Origin: Marsupella aquatica
Taxonomy: Eukaryota; Plantae; Marchantiophyta
Length of the DNA stretch: 64,000 nucleotides
Direction: 5' to 3'
NCBI GenBank assembly: GCA_973895155.1
Contig: OZ316892.1
Location: forward strand, 10,458,283-10,522,282
The position numbers and the translations under genes are program-made. The first letter of the stretch is position 1; each line of letters begins with the position of its first letter. Under the pieces are notes generated by a model, which did not search any database, was not told where the DNA came from, and saw only the letters and a list, made by a program, of their open reading frames with translations. Shown here piece by piece: positions 61,010 to 64,000 of the stretch.

Positions 61010-64000
61010 GTGACACTCCTCAATTTTGCATCATGGAATGTCTGCGGCTTATGTAATCCGGATAGAAAGCATGTGGTGTTGAAATGGGCTTCTTCAATCC
61101 GACCTCCGCTCGACGCCCTGGCTTTGCAGGAAGTAAAGGCTGATGAATTTCGATTGGATAATGCATTGAAGACCATCCTACCCGATTATCAGCATTTTTA
61201 CTCGGCCCCCGTTGACGGCAGGGGAGGCACAGCTATTTTACTGCACCCGTCACTTAAGGTACTGTCATCAGGTACGCTGGACCTGGGCAGAGCGGTTTGG
61301 GCCCAACTGGAACACGCCGAGGGAACCTTTGGGCTGATCAGTGTGTACACGCCCAACTCTCCAGGAGAACGAGCAATTCTCTGGAATGATTTGAAAAACG
61401 AATTACCTCAGGGTCGATGGGTGTTCACTGGAGATTTTAACATGACTGAGCTCCGATGTGATTCCACTGGCTTGACCCCGTTGATCCGCGGGAGGGAATT
61501 GGAATTCTGGAGGTTTTTGAAGGTTCGACTTGACTTGCAAGACGCACTCTCTATTCTTGGTCAGGTATCGGGATCCAGGTTTACCTGGCGCCGGATTCGT
61601 AACGGCATGTTGACTCAATCCCGCCTTGATAGGTTCTATTTCAGTGAGAAAGGCCAGTGGACGGAGGAACTGGTGGAACTCAAACATGATGGCACATCGG
61701 CACTATCGGACCATGACCCTGTGCTGATCTCTTTCCGCATTGCCCCCTTGCTCACGTCTGCTTCTGATCAATGACGCACTTCTTACTTCAAAGCTAACCC
61801 TGCTGTGGTGAGGAACTCTGCAAACTTGGGACTTCTGGAGGCTGCCTGGATTGGAGATGCCGCTCCCCTTGCTGAACCTCATCTGCGCTTTTCTTTGGCG
61901 TATCAGCGTCTCCGCCAATGCTACATGACGCTACAATCGTCACCACTGCCCAAGGCTGCAGAGGCTGCACTACTGCGTGACAAACTTCGACTTCTGAAGG
62001 TAACCATTATGGAGGACTACTCCACTGACAGTATCACAGAGTTTATGGATACTGAAGATAATGTACGTTCAATGGAACTTGAAGATGCTCACCACTATCG
62101 CCGGCTATCTAGGATTAAATGGTTGGGCCAAGGCGACGAACCCTCTAAGTTCTATTTCTCCACTATTAAGGCCAAACGGCTCAGAGAAAAGATGGAATAT
62201 CTTGTGGTTGATGATGGCACGGAATTAAGGGAGGAGCGACTCATTGTTGGAGAGGTACAACGTTTTTGTGCGGAGCTGTACTCACCGCCATTACTGGATG
62301 GAGAAGAATTGAGGAAGCAGAGAATAGCACGCAGGACTCTGAGTAGGAACACACATTTTGTCCCTACTGCGGCTGAGGTTAGAATGCTTGAAGAGCTGCC
62401 TTCTATACGTGAATTGCACGACACTTTGTTACTTCTTCCCAGTGACAAAGCTCCTGGTATTGATGGCATGACTGCGGAGACCTTCAGGGCTTGCTGGGAA
62501 TTCATGAAGACTGACTTTCATGACATGATCTGTGATTTCTGGAGGACAGGACATCTAGCTTTCAACATCAAAGATGGGGTTATTCGTTTTATTCCTAAGA
62601 AAACTGATAAGCGAAGACTGGGGGACTGGAGAGCATTAACCATGTTAACTATTGTGTACAAGCTCTTGGCTAAGCTGCTAGCCCTTCGTCTAAAAATGTT
62701 ACTACCTAAGCTGATCTGTCCACAACAGACAGGCTTTATCCCTGGGCGGCACATTCTGGAAAATATCTCTCTCACCTGGCTGGTTAAAGACTGGATTAAC
62801 TTCACTAGGACCCCGGCTCTTTTCTTGAAACTGGATTTTGAGAAGGCCTTTGACAGAGTGGATCACTCTTACATATGGGAAACTATGAACCTGTTAGGCC
62901 TCGGCTCACATTTAATTTTTCTAGTAAAGTCTCTGATCAGCAATGCCTACTCTAAGGCTCTCGTCAATGGCATCTGGACTGAGGATGTGAAGATGTCCAG
63001 GGGTGTGAGACAAGGCTGCCCTCTCTCACCTCTTCTCTTTGTCATATCTACACAGCCCTTGATGGATTTTCTTACAGCGGAGATTAATGCTGGTAGATTA
63101 CAGGGTTTGCAGATCTCCAGTTCTCTACACATATGTTTTAGACTTTTTGCGGATGACTTAGGGTTGTTCATCCCGGCCTCAACGGCCGCCTTTGAGCAAG
63201 CCAGGAGTGCTCTCACTTGCTACGAAGATGCCACAGGTGCTAAATTGAACTTAAACAAGTCAGTTGTTATTCCCCTTGTTGTGGAGGTGATCCCGAGCTG
63301 GCTTCTAGCTACTGGATGTCTGATTAGTGAAAGAGGAGTGGTACAGAAATATTTGGGTGCTCCCTTTGGCTTGGATCTTACTGAAGCACAGTTGCATGAC
63401 TTTTGCCTTGACCGGATTGGAGCCAGACTCTCATCTTGGTGTACCCGTTTTCTATCTTTCACTGGAAGGGTGCTGTTGATCAAACATGTTTTACTTGCCA
63501 TTCCTGTATATCACATGATGTTTCTGCGATCCTCTGCTTCTCTGGCAAAGAAGCTGATTGCACTCAGTCGTGTTTTTCTTTGGGGGATTAACAAACAGGG
63601 GGGGAAGCGAATTCCACTGGTGGCCTGGGCGAAGCTGGCACGACCTAAGGTGGATGGTGGCCTGGGATTGAAGGACTTTCGTAGTCATTCTGATGCTCTA
63701 CTAAGTAAATGGTTTACTGGGGCGCTTGATAGACCGGAATCGGAATGGGCCAGGATGTATGCGGAGAATCTAAAGCTAACTAAGTGGCGCAACTATAAGA
63801 CGGTACACAGGAACAACTACTCGATGAAGGATAAGGTCCTGCTTAGTACTCCTCGCTCATTTGGGAAGCTCTGTTATACTGGCCAACTTTGGTGTGCTTG
63901 GACCTTGGTTCGGGAGAACCTGGTCCTTTGTCCTGGCACTGCGACCATCCCCGGACACTGGGGGATTGAAGATGTTTTGCGCTGTCTATTGGATTTTTAC
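61010..64000 (+). pseudogene. L1-type LINE ORF2 (AP endonuclease plus RT), stop at 61772, runs off the window
   Basis: SWNVCGL, LQE, GDFN, SRLDRFY, SDHDP; then KAPGIDG, LDFEKAFD, GVRQGCPLSP, LFADD, KYLG. Confidence 0.93.

Overview
Eukaryotic, intron-rich plant DNA. A bryophyte, probably a liverwort, is my inference from the gene and TE families. The left ~16 kb holds two host genes on the minus strand: a SOL1-like M14 zinc carboxypeptidase and a Rab5/RabF2 GTPase. The rest is a nest of transposons. A Ty1/copia element (19157-56315, 343-bp LTRs) contains a 1.5-kb insert in its 5' LTR, two gypsy-type remnants with accessory ORFs, a decayed P-element-like transposase locus and a 9.2-kb Ty3/gypsy element (45984-55223). 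An L1-type LINE runs off the right end. The standout is the 9.2-kb gypsy element. Its pol carries a DNMT3/DRM-like C5 cytosine methyltransferase between protease and RT, and its integrase ends in a PHD finger. It has a Tf1-like self-priming PBS. Its terminal repeats are permuted as A-body-B-A-B rather than LTR-body-LTR. That layout matches a 2-LTR circle opened at the internal palindrome GACA-GC-TGTC and inserted with a 4-bp TSD. All identifications were made by eye from motifs; no searches were run.
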